Part shown: positions 20,823-29,510 of the stretch, in pieces
How the letters are laid out: the number at the start of each line of letters is the position of its first letter
Position numbering within the stretch: the stretch's first letter is position 1
Assembly (NCBI GenBank): GCA_038870975.1
Contig: JAVZJD010000001.1
Location: 736,001 to 800,000, forward strand
Length of the DNA stretch: 64,000 bases
Direction: 5' to 3'
Source: Candidatus Bathyarchaeia archaeon
Lineage (GTDB): Archaea; Thermoproteota; CALKCG01; B24
Notes under the pieces: model-generated
The model's input: the letters and a program-made list of their open reading frames with translations, nothing else
Databases searched by the model: none
Told to the model about the DNA's origin: nothing
Made by a program: the position numbers and the translations under genes

Positions 20823-21527
20823 CTACTCATCACCTTCATCAAACCATTCATTTTTATTATTCTTATTGAAGAACTGTGCTATCACTTTAACAACGCTATC
20901 ATAGTATGGACTGCTAGAATAATATCTACCCAGTTTCACAAGGATATTCTCCAGAGTTATTCCATGACTGCTATAGAGCTTCACAGCCTCTTTAATTACA
21001 TCAGTACGCATTATCGGTCCACGGCATCCTTCACAGCTTCTATTACTGTGCATACATATGCCATCACATCCAGCGACTGTTAGAGGTCCAAGGCATACTT
21101 CACCGTTAGCCAATAGACAGTCTTCTTCATGCAAGGGGCACTCTGCGCACACAGGTATACCTTCAACACCATATTCCTTACATAAAACTAGTAATTCACA
21201 TTTACCTCCCTTTCTTGGGCATGATTGACACTTAATCTTATGAATAGCTAAAATAACCTCCAAAGCCAATTTACGGTCGCTTCTAACTCTTTCATTATTT
21301 GTTTCCACGTTTAATCCTTCAGATACGGGGAATGCACATGAAGGAATCATCTTACCAGTTTTCTTATCCTCTACCACACATATTCTACATGTAGCTTCTT
21401 CAAACACATTGGGGAAATAACAAAGGGTAGGTATTTCTATACCGAGTTTTTTCGCAGCCTCAAGTACTGTAGTACCATCTTCAACAGTAGCCTCTTTCCC
21501 ATCTATGATTACCCTTACCATGCTCAT
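20823..21527 (-). CDS. Hybrid FeS subunit: HydA/NuoG-type N-terminus (2Fe-2S, His-ligated 4Fe-4S) fused to the [NiFe] small-subunit C-domain
   Basis: IPTLC...CRIC...PSC; HKIKCQSC...C; then VCAECP...CL...CLGPLTVAGCDGIC...CEGCRGP. Confidence 0.88.
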   Translation of the reverse strand: MSMVRVIIDGKEATVEDGTTVLEAAKKLGIEIPTLCYFPNVFEEATCRICVVEDKKTGKMIPSCAFPVSEGLNVETNNERVRSDRKLALEVILAIHKIKCQSCPRKGGKCELLVLCKEYGVEGIPVCAECPLHEEDCLLANGEVCLGPLTVAGCDGICMHSNRSCEGCRGPIMRTDVIKEAVKLYSSHGITLENILVKLGRYYSSSPYYDSVVKVIAQFFNKNNKNEWFDEGDE

Positions 21528-21528
21528 A

Positions 21529-23508
21529 TCACCTCTTTACTACGGCCCCTCTTGGGCATACCATGGAGCATTGTCCGCATCTTATGCACCTTTCAGCATC
21601 TATATAGTATTTGCCATCAATATCCTTAAATATTGCTTCAACGGGACAATTCTTCGCACAGAGTCCACATCCTATACAAACATCCTTATCGATTGTATAG
21701 TTTAACAGCTTTTTACATACTTTTGCGGGGCACCTCTTCTCGTTAATATGGGCCTCATATTCCTCCCTAAAGTATTTGAGTGTTGTTAAAACTGGATTTG
21801 GAGCCGTTTGGCCTAACGCACATAAGCTTGCATCTTTCATGAATTTACTTACGTTTTCTAAGACTTCCAAGTCTTCTTCCAAACCACCTCCATCTATTAT
21901 TCTGCTAAGGGTATCATAAAGTATCTTTGACCCTGCTCTACATGGTAGACATTTACCACAGGCCTCAGCCATAGTAAATGTTGTGAAAAACCTCGCTACG
22001 TCTACTATACAGTTGCTATCATCAATAACGACTAATCCACCAGACCCCATTATAGCACCTGCAGAGGTTAAACTTTCATAGTCTATCGGTAAATCAAGTG
22101 CACTTTCAGGTAAGCATCCTCCAGAGGGTCCACCAATCTGAACGGCTTTAAATTTTCTCCCTTCTCTAATGCCTCCTGCTATCTTAAATATGAGTTCTCT
22201 TATTGTTGTTCCTATTGGGACTTCAGCAGCCCCTGTCCTCTTAGCACATCCAGTAATACAGAAGACCTTTGTCCCTTTACTTCTCTCAGTTCCATACCTG
22301 GCAAACTTTTCCCACCCTTCGGCCATTATTGTAGCTACATGAGCTAGCGTTTCAACGTTATTGATGGTCGTCGGTTTACCAAATAAGCCATGTGTAGCTG
22401 GATATGGTGGACGCTGTCTTGGCATAGCTCGCCTCCCCTCTATGGCTGCTAACATCGCTGTTTCCTCTCCACAGACAAATGCTCCTGCGCTCCGTACAAC
22501 TTCTACGTTGAAGTTAAACCCTGAATTGAATATGTTTTTTCCTAAGAAACCGTATCGCCTAGCTTCATCAACTGCCTTTTCCAACCTTTCAGCCATCAGG
22601 GCTTTCTCCGCTCTAACAAAAATATATCCATATGTAGCACCTATGGCGTATGCAGCTATTATTAAGCCTTCTAAAACTCTATGAGGATCTGCTTCAGCAA
22701 GCATCCTATTCATGAAAGCTCCAGGATCTCCTTCATCAGCATTGCATATAACGTATTTAGGTTCCCCCTGAGCCTTTCTACATATATCCCATTTTAACCA
22801 TGTTGGAAAACCAGCTCCTCCTCTTCCTCTTAGACCAGACCTCTTAACTTCTTCTATAACCTCTCCAGGTGATAATTTTAATGTTCTATTGAGGCCAAGG
22901 TAGCCACCGTGAGCAATGTACTCTTCAATTGACTCGGGGTTTATGATGCCACAATTTCTGGTAACCCACTTCACTTGATACTTGTAGAAGTCTATCTCCT
23001 CTAAGAGAGGAACCTTATTTTCACCTCTAGCATTACCCGTTCTACTTCTGAGAGCAAAGGCGTTGCTAACATCACCATTATTTAAATATTCATCTAGAAT
23101 TTTTCCGACATTTTCAGGAGTCACTTTACTATAAATGGCATGAGGTAATCCATCCTTACGTATTTCGACTAAAGGTTCAGCATAACATAAACCCATACAG
23201 CCAACGGGGACGATAGAAACTTCTAATCCTCTTTGCTTAACTTCTTTCTTGATAGCGTGATAAACTTCCCCAGCTCCAACAGCTAAACCGCAGCTTCCCA
23301 TGCCCACAGTTATTTTTACTCCACCCTTACCATTTCTTATCTCTGAAATTCTCCGTAACCTTCTTTCTTTACATTCCACGTCTTTATGGCATAATGGGCC
23401 ATTAACTCTACATGTTATATAGTCCTTGCAGGGTCTCTCAATCTTATGGTTGCATTGACTACAACAGGCATCCATTAAACTCAATCCATTATGGACATCC
23501 AATGGCAT
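21529..23508 (-). CDS. NuoF/HydB-like NADH-binding flavoprotein with a C-terminal 2x[4Fe-4S] domain
   Basis: SGLRGRGGAGFPT, NADEGDPGAF, CGEET, CGKCLPCR, SLCALG; thioredoxin-like N-domain. Confidence 0.93.
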   Translation of the reverse strand: MPLDVHNGLSLMDACCSQCNHKIERPCKDYITCRVNGPLCHKDVECKERRLRRISEIRNGKGGVKITVGMGSCGLAVGAGEVYHAIKKEVKQRGLEVSIVPVGCMGLCYAEPLVEIRKDGLPHAIYSKVTPENVGKILDEYLNNGDVSNAFALRSRTGNARGENKVPLLEEIDFYKYQVKWVTRNCGIINPESIEEYIAHGGYLGLNRTLKLSPGEVIEEVKRSGLRGRGGAGFPTWLKWDICRKAQGEPKYVICNADEGDPGAFMNRMLAEADPHRVLEGLIIAAYAIGATYGYIFVRAEKALMAERLEKAVDEARRYGFLGKNIFNSGFNFNVEVVRSAGAFVCGEETAMLAAIEGRRAMPRQRPPYPATHGLFGKPTTINNVETLAHVATIMAEGWEKFARYGTERSKGTKVFCITGCAKRTGAAEVPIGTTIRELIFKIAGGIREGRKFKAVQIGGPSGGCLPESALDLPIDYESLTSAGAIMGSGGLVVIDDSNCIVDVARFFTTFTMAEACGKCLPCRAGSKILYDTLSRIIDGGGLEEDLEVLENVSKFMKDASLCALGQTAPNPVLTTLKYFREEYEAHINEKRCPAKVCKKLLNYTIDKDVCIGCGLCAKNCPVEAIFKDIDGKYYIDAERCIRCGQCSMVCPRGAVVKR

Positions 23509-23626
23509 TCACCTCTATGGGAAGTTGAAGGAATTATAAGAGTACTTTAATTAAAACATAAGTATACTACCTATATATGGGAATAATTCCTTTCGCCGTA
23601 GATTTATAATTCAAAAATGTTCACCT

Positions 23627-24190
23627 CTATATTTCGCCATATGATTCTCCTTTAGTTTTAGTTCGATACTTGGAAATTATCCTACGGAGCTTCTTAAAAT
23701 CAACTTCACCATATATTTCATCATTCACTTTGATAACTGGGGCTAGACTGCAGCATCCTAGGCATCTAACTTTAAATACAGTGAAGAGCCTATCCTTAGA
23801 AGTATTTTCGCCAGGATTAATATTAAGTAAATTCAGTAGGAAGTTGTAGTTTTCAGAGTTGCCTTTAATATGGCACGCTGTGCCCATACATATTTGTATT
23901 ATATTCTCACCGGGCGGCTCCATATTGAATTGATGGTAAAACGTGGCGACTCCATAGATGCTACTTAGTGGTACTTTTAAATTGTTTGAAACAAGTTCTA
24001 AGCTCCACTTTGGAAGATAACCTAATCTATTCTGAATTTTCTGGAGGATCAGAATGAGGGTTTTTCTAGATCTACCATTACTTTCAATAACATTGTTTAT
24101 AACTTCCTCAATAAATGCTACATCAACATCTCTAGATACTTGCTGTTGCAAATCCTCGCCTCCATTGCTCTGTTGTTCTCTGGGGCTCAC
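23627..24190 (-). CDS. NuoE/HydC-like [2Fe-2S] subunit
   Basis: GVATFY, CMGTAC, CLGCCSLAP. Confidence 0.93.
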   Translation of the reverse strand: MSPREQQSNGGEDLQQQVSRDVDVAFIEEVINNVIESNGRSRKTLILILQKIQNRLGYLPKWSLELVSNNLKVPLSSIYGVATFYHQFNMEPPGENIIQICMGTACHIKGNSENYNFLLNLLNINPGENTSKDRLFTVFKVRCLGCCSLAPVIKVNDEIYGEVDFKKLRRIISKYRTKTKGESYGEI

Positions 24191-24199
24191 CTACTACGC

Positions 24200-24640
24200 T
24201 TATAGTTGCGCTCTTAAGAAGTACCATAGATGCTTGCAGAACTCTTCATACTGTTGTGGAGTAAATAGATATTGGATGTCTTCTTCAAGATTTGTTGGCT
24301 CAACTTCAGCAACCCACTCTTTTTCTGGGTCGTTATTTAAAGCTGATATGTTGTTTAAAGCTTCATCATTAATCTTTTTAATTCTGCCAGAAACTGGTGA
24401 AGTTAATTCAAAAGTGACCCCCTTCATTTTCACTGCCCCTAAGGGCTCCATCCGTTTAACCTCAGCTCCAATCGGCTTCAGCTCACAACAAACATCATAT
24501 GCTCCATTTTTGCTCAATTCTTTAAAACAATCACATATTTGTTGAGTTAATCCAATTCTAACAGTTTGTTCATCAGTAATCGTTACCCACATGAGGGAGG
24601 ATGTGTAGAGGAAACCTGAAGGGTAAATTTTCTTACTCAT
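24200..24640 (-). CDS. GcvH-like protein lacking the lipoylated lysine
   Basis: VRIGLT, ELTSPVSGRIKKIN, LNNDPEKEWVAEV; the E-S-V-K-A hairpin reads K-M-K-G-V. Confidence 0.8.
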   Translation of the reverse strand: MSKKIYPSGFLYTSSLMWVTITDEQTVRIGLTQQICDCFKELSKNGAYDVCCELKPIGAEVKRMEPLGAVKMKGVTFELTSPVSGRIKKINDEALNNISALNNDPEKEWVAEVEPTNLEEDIQYLFTPQQYEEFCKHLWYFLRAQL

Positions 24641-24673
24641 GAGTCATCACCCACTTGTGGTGTTCCATACCTA

Positions 24674-24730
24674 TTTTTTAAACTTTTAGACAAATTTTCT
24701 TGTCTAAATTTTAGATAAGAAAATTTTTAT
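24674..24730 (-). promoter_or_regulatory. Palindromic operator plus TATA box of the gcvH-hydC-hydB-hybrid operon
   Basis: 24684-24708 identical to 13927-13951; minus-strand TTTAAAAA 1 bp away; degenerate second copy upstream. Confidence 0.75.
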
Positions 24731-25178
24731 AATCATATCAACTACTAAGAACCTATTTGAGAACCTTGAATTTTAGACTTCCAACTCTACACTTCTTCTG
24801 AGTATTTATCTAAAAATGTTTTCCAGTCTTTACTACATCGTTTTCTATCTTATTTCTGGCAGAATATAGGATACTTATTGACAAAGAAAATTGCTATTTG
24901 TCTCTTTTGAGCATTAGCTTAAGTAATACAGTATAATCTTTAACCAAAAACATAATTCAGTTTTCCCCTCCATGTCCATCTTTACTCATCGTAAGAGCGA
25001 TAAACAATATCAATACAGAATTTATTAGCAGAAGAGTGCTCCGAGCGGGCACTGTCACTTCGGGTCCAAATCTCTTCTCCCCGCCTAACCCCTCAATGGT
25101 CGTTCTCACTGATAGTTGTACTTGAAGATGCCGGAAACAGTCTGAAGATATGGGTTAGAAAGTCCATTAGAAATTTGA

Positions 25179-25478
25179 TTGTTACTGTGGCCGATGATAA
25201 ACCTTATATTTGCAGTGGCAATAAGCCTTACATTAATTGGCATTGAAAAGTTCTATCAACATGCTGGACTCGGTGCAAGAATTATAGTGCTAAGTCTTAT
25301 CTGTACTCTTCTAGATGTGCCATTAGTTTATGTTGTGGTCGTCATAGTACTAGGCTTATCCATCATAGCATACTTAGTATCCTTGCCAATCTACGCCACA
25401 TTACAACTCATTCCAATAACACTCCTCTCGTATGAAATCACTAGAAGGCTCATACGATTAAGAATCTTTCAATTCTAG
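25179..25478 (+). CDS. Small membrane protein, possibly a 5'-truncated transporter component
   Basis: Three hydrophobic segments; weak TTG start. Confidence 0.45.
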   Translation: MLLWPMINLIFAVAISLTLIGIEKFYQHAGLGARIIVLSLICTLLDVPLVYVVVVIVLGLSIIAYLVSLPIYATLQLIPITLLSYEITRRLIRLRIFQF

Positions 25479-25591
25479 TCGTCAAGGTAGCGGGTCATAC
25501 GCTAAACGATTAGGGAGCGTGGTTACAGCGCGCTTAATGGGAGATCAGTGAAGCGAAGCTTTTTATTGCTAGCAACTCAGCCCTAGCAATA

Positions 25592-26863
25592 CTATTCAGG
25601 ACTGTATGCCGACAAATCCAAGAGGCCGTGTCCACTGAAACAGAAGACGATTGTTTTTTGTTGGTTTCTCCGTTTACATTTTAATGCCTCAACCATTACT
25701 TGTTTGATTGCGTGCGCTGTCTCGGGAGCTGGAACTATCCCCTCTGTTTTTGCGAAAATTTTTGCACTCTCTAAAACTTCTTCTTGAGTGTATGCTGCCT
25801 TCTCTACAATGCCCTCCTTGATGAGGATAGATAGGGTTGGTGCGGCGGCATGATATCTCAATCCGGCTGCGTGTATTGGCGACGGGATGTAATTTCTTCC
25901 AACAGTGAACATTTTAAGCATTGGGAGATACCCAGCCGTATCCGCATGTTCGTAAACATAGTTTCCCTCTGTGATTTTTGGCGAGGCTTTAGACTCCACC
26001 GCGATAAATCTTGTGTTTTTCAGTTCCCCCTTTGTTAGCTTGTCTCCTATGAAGGGGAAGCTTAAACCTGCAAAGTTGCTGCCCCCACCAACACATCCTA
26101 TAATAACGTCTGGAGTTTCTTGCAGTTCCTCAAGCTGCTCTTTCGTCTCTAAGCCTATGACTGTTTGGTGTAGAAGCACAAAATTCATTACGCTGCCGAC
26201 CGAGTACTTGACGTTCTCATTTTTTATTGCTGTTTCTACGGCTTCAGATATGGCTATACCAAGCGATCCTGGATGTTCGGGATTTTCTCTTAAAAGTTTC
26301 CGCCCAACCTCTGTACGATTGCTCGGGCTTGGAACAACCTCTGCGCCGTAGAGGTTCATTAACGTCTTTCTGTAGGGTTTTTGAAGGTAGCTGCTTCTAG
26401 TCATGAAAACTAAACATTTAATGTTGAACATTGCGCATGCAAACGCTAAAGCTGAACCCCATTGTCCGGCGCTAGTTTCGGTGACAAGTGTGTCAACGTT
26501 CTCCATTTTAGAATAGTAGGCTTGAGCTAGAGCAGTGTTAACCTTGTGGCTTCCCGTGGGACTCAAGTCTTCACGCTTAAAATAGATTTTCGCGGGCGTG
26601 TCCAAAACCTTTTCGAGGTTTCTGGCTCTAACTATGGGGGTTGGCCGACCAACTTTCCTGTAAGCCTCTAAAACCTCGGAAGGTATTGGAATACTATTTT
26701 CAGCGGAAAACTCTTGATCCAGCAGAGCTGATGGGAAAAGTTTCGGAAGTAGCTCAATTCTAGAAAAACGGTCATCATCCTCTGGGTCTCTTGGAGGAGG
26801 TAACGGTCGAGGCAGATCCGGAACAATGTTATACCAGAAGTTCGGAACGCTACCTAAACTCAT
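25592..26863 (-). CDS. trpB2: Tryptophan synthase beta chain type 2, operon copy
   Basis: WYNIVPDLPRPLPPP, GSHKVNTA, ETSAGQWG, IHAAGLRYH. Confidence 0.95.
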   Translation of the reverse strand: MSLGSVPNFWYNIVPDLPRPLPPPRDPEDDDRFSRIELLPKLFPSALLDQEFSAENSIPIPSEVLEAYRKVGRPTPIVRARNLEKVLDTPAKIYFKREDLSPTGSHKVNTALAQAYYSKMENVDTLVTETSAGQWGSALAFACAMFNIKCLVFMTRSSYLQKPYRKTLMNLYGAEVVPSPSNRTEVGRKLLRENPEHPGSLGIAISEAVETAIKNENVKYSVGSVMNFVLLHQTVIGLETKEQLEELQETPDVIIGCVGGGSNFAGLSFPFIGDKLTKGELKNTRFIAVESKASPKITEGNYVYEHADTAGYLPMLKMFTVGRNYIPSPIHAAGLRYHAAAPTLSILIKEGIVEKAAYTQEEVLESAKIFAKTEGIVPAPETAHAIKQVMVEALKCKRRNQQKTIVFCFSGHGLLDLSAYSPE

Positions 26864-27633
26864 GCTTCTAACGCCTCCTTCAAACTTCGAACAAATTTTG
26901 CCAGTTTCTCCTTTTTCAGTCGCATATTCTGCCCGTTATTTATTAACTTAAGTATCGCGCTTCCTACGACGACACCGTCGGCTCCAGCTTTTACGTAATC
27001 TGAAACTTGAGACGGTTCATTAATGGCGAAACCCACAAGCAAAGGTGTATCGCCGGCAAGTCCCTTCATTATCTTGATGGCTTTAGTCACAGTGATCGGC
27101 AAGAAAGTTCCTGTGGACGCCATCAACCCCAAATAGATGAAGGCGGGGTTTAGTTGAGCTAGTTTTGAAACCATCTTGTGTGGGAAAGTGCTGGTGATAA
27201 AAAACATAGGGTCAAAATCATGTTTCATGCAAAGCCTGAGATACGTCTCTAACTCCTCCATGTACTCTATTAATAAGTCTGGAAAGAGTATGCCTTCAGC
27301 GCCAGCGTTCGAAACATACTCCATAAAATTTTCCAAGCCCACGGCTTTTGCGAGTTCAAAATATGTAAAGACGACTTTATGCACCAGTTGGAAATTTTTT
27401 ATTAGTGAGAAGCTTTTCTCAACCGTTGCTCCATTCCTTAAGGCTCTTTTATAACTCGCTCTTATGGTTAGGCCATCATATTTCGGCTTAACAGTTGGGA
27501 TGCCAAACTCGAAAATGTCGACTCCGCATTCGGATAGAACATCCACAATTTCACTGTTTACGTAGGGGTCTCCAGCCGTTAAATAGGCTACAAGCACTTT
27601 ACTTTTTAGCGCTTCTCTGAGGTTGCCCTGCAT
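26860..27633 (-). CDS. trpA: Tryptophan synthase alpha chain
   Basis: YLTAGDP, EFGIP..PKYDG, VGFAI, ADGVVVGSA. Confidence 0.93.
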   Translation of the reverse strand: MQGNLREALKSKVLVAYLTAGDPYVNSEIVDVLSECGVDIFEFGIPTVKPKYDGLTIRASYKRALRNGATVEKSFSLIKNFQLVHKVVFTYFELAKAVGLENFMEYVSNAGAEGILFPDLLIEYMEELETYLRLCMKHDFDPMFFITSTFPHKMVSKLAQLNPAFIYLGLMASTGTFLPITVTKAIKIMKGLAGDTPLLVGFAINEPSQVSDYVKAGADGVVVGSAILKLINNGQNMRLKKEKLAKFVRSLKEALEA

Positions 27634-28403
27634 AACTCCTCAACCTTAGCCCTAATATCCTTAGCCTCGCTTATGGCCGTTCCAACAAGAATTCCATGAG
27701 CGTACTGCATTACGAATTTAACATCCTCTGCGTTTCTTATACCAGTCTCGCTGACAAGGAAGTCCGCGCTAACTTCCACGGATAAATCCTTTGTTTTTCT
27801 AAGGTTCCTTTCCACGCCTTCACCATTATTGATTCCCACAAATTTCGCCGAAGTTTTTCCCACAACCCTCGCATCTTCAACGCTGTTTACTTCAACCAAG
27901 GGTTCAAGGCCAAAGCTTCTTCCAATTTGAATCAAGTCTTCAAGCCTTTTCGCATCCTTAAACTGGTCAGCTATCAGTAGATATGAGCTGGCGCCCGCGG
28001 CTACAGCCTCATAGATCTGGAATTCTTCAAGTATGAGATCCTTCCTCAATGTTGGAACATTAAATGTTTTTGAAACCTTGAAAAGGTAATAGAGACTTCC
28101 TCTATAATAAATGGGTTCCGTCAAAACAGAGATTGCCGCAGCTCCACCCTCAAGCATCTTGGAAACGGCCTCAACCGGCTCGTAATAGTAATGGTAAATC
28201 CTCGTAGGCGAGGAGGGCTTAAACTCGGCGATTAGAGGAACTCTATCTCTAACTGATTTGAGGGTTTTCAAAATATTTGGTGGCTTCCTATTTCTCACAG
28301 TTTCTTCTGCTAGCTTTTCAAGCCGTTTAACGTCAACTCTTTGCTTATCGTAGGCTATGTGCTTACGCATATCCTCAAAGATTTTAGATCTAAGACTGCC
28401 CAT
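27606..28403 (-). CDS. trpC: Indole-3-glycerol-phosphate synthase
   Basis: IAEFKPSSP, ISVLTEP, LRKD, LVEV, GINN, SETGI. Confidence 0.93.
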   Translation of the reverse strand: MGSLRSKIFEDMRKHIAYDKQRVDVKRLEKLAEETVRNRKPPNILKTLKSVRDRVPLIAEFKPSSPTRIYHYYYEPVEAVSKMLEGGAAAISVLTEPIYYRGSLYYLFKVSKTFNVPTLRKDLILEEFQIYEAVAAGASSYLLIADQFKDAKRLEDLIQIGRSFGLEPLVEVNSVEDARVVGKTSAKFVGINNGEGVERNLRKTKDLSVEVSADFLVSETGIRNAEDVKFVMQYAHGILVGTAISEAKDIRAKVEELCRATSEKR

Positions 28404-28408
28404 ACACG

Positions 28409-29458
28409 TTACACCATGTGAGAGGCTTTAGCGATCTCCTCAAGTTTTCTGTAAGCTTGCCTTTCATCTAAAATATTTCTGGCCACCTCAACGCCTTCTT
28501 TAAGTTCTCTTACAGCACCGCCAACATATAGAGCCCCGGCAGCGTTTATGAGCAGGAAATCCCGTTTGCCCTCAAGTTTTTCTCCTTTAAACAACCTCTT
28601 AATAATTTCGGCATTGCACTTTGGATCGTCAACCTCGGGTTGAAGCCTCTCTACTTTTGTTTTCTGAACACCAAGTTCTTCGGGCGAAATGTTGTAAATG
28701 TCTGAAATTCGTTCGTCTCGAACTTCTGCCACCAAGGTTAGACCTACGTTTGAGATCTCGTCTAAACCATCTAAGCCATGAACAACTAAGGCTCTGATGT
28801 ATCCTAGTTTTGCAAGAACCTGAGCTACGGGTTCAACGAGCTCCTTTCTGTATACGCCTAAAAGGTGCGCTTTGACATGGGCTGGATTTATTAATGGACC
28901 CACAACGGTGTAGAAAACCGTTTTTATTCCAAGCTCACTTTCAGGTCCCAAGACCTTGCCCATAACGGGGTGAAAGTGCGGCGCATAAAGAAATGCGAAA
29001 CCCACTTTTTCAATGAGGCTTTCAGCCAGTTCTTTTGTTAAGTTAATGTTTATCCCTAACGCTTCAAGCACGTCTGCACTTCCGGATTTATGGGAAATTG
29101 AGCGGCTTCCATGTTTAGCTACAGGGATCCCAGCGGCAGCGGCTATAATGGCATTGGCTGTACTTACATTAAATGTCAAAACTCCACCACCAGTTCCACA
29201 AGTATCAATGATTTGTCCTTTGACTTTTGGTCTAACTATGACAGCGTTTTGTCTCATCCATTCTGCTATAGCAGAAAGTTCATCCACACTCACACCCTTC
29301 ATGACCAAACCAACAAGAAAACCGCCGATCTGCGCGCTCGTCGCATTTCCAGCCTTTATTTCCTCCAAAACTTTAAAAATTTCCTCACGCTCTAGGTTCT
29401 CTCTTACCGTCAATTTTTCAATAACTTTCTGTAAGACTTGTTTTTCGGCTAACACCAT
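28409..29458 (-). CDS. trpD: Anthranilate phosphoribosyltransferase
   Basis: DTCGTGG, FNVST, KHGSRS, GSADVLEALG, GLDEIS. Confidence 0.96.
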   Translation of the reverse strand: MVLAEKQVLQKVIEKLTVRENLEREEIFKVLEEIKAGNATSAQIGGFLVGLVMKGVSVDELSAIAEWMRQNAVIVRPKVKGQIIDTCGTGGGVLTFNVSTANAIIAAAAGIPVAKHGSRSISHKSGSADVLEALGININLTKELAESLIEKVGFAFLYAPHFHPVMGKVLGPESELGIKTVFYTVVGPLINPAHVKAHLLGVYRKELVEPVAQVLAKLGYIRALVVHGLDGLDEISNVGLTLVAEVRDERISDIYNISPEELGVQKTKVERLQPEVDDPKCNAEIIKRLFKGEKLEGKRDFLLINAAGALYVGGAVRELKEGVEVARNILDERQAYRKLEEIAKASHMV

Positions 29459-29466
29459 TGGCGCAT
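29449..29466 (-). other. Putative Trp-containing leader uORF (MRQWC*) overlapping the trpD start
   Basis: GGAGGGGG-TCTCAAT-ATG CGC CAA TGG TGT TAG; the trpD ATG lies inside it, out of frame. Confidence 0.4.
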
Positions 29467-29510
29467 ATTGAGACCCCCTCCACGGGACAAAAAAGAACGT
29501 GTTAGTGCAT

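Noticed and set aside
24740-25170. Possible decayed ORF or ncRNA upstream of the hydrogenase operon
   Set aside because: Only short broken frames and weak hairpins; no family recognisable
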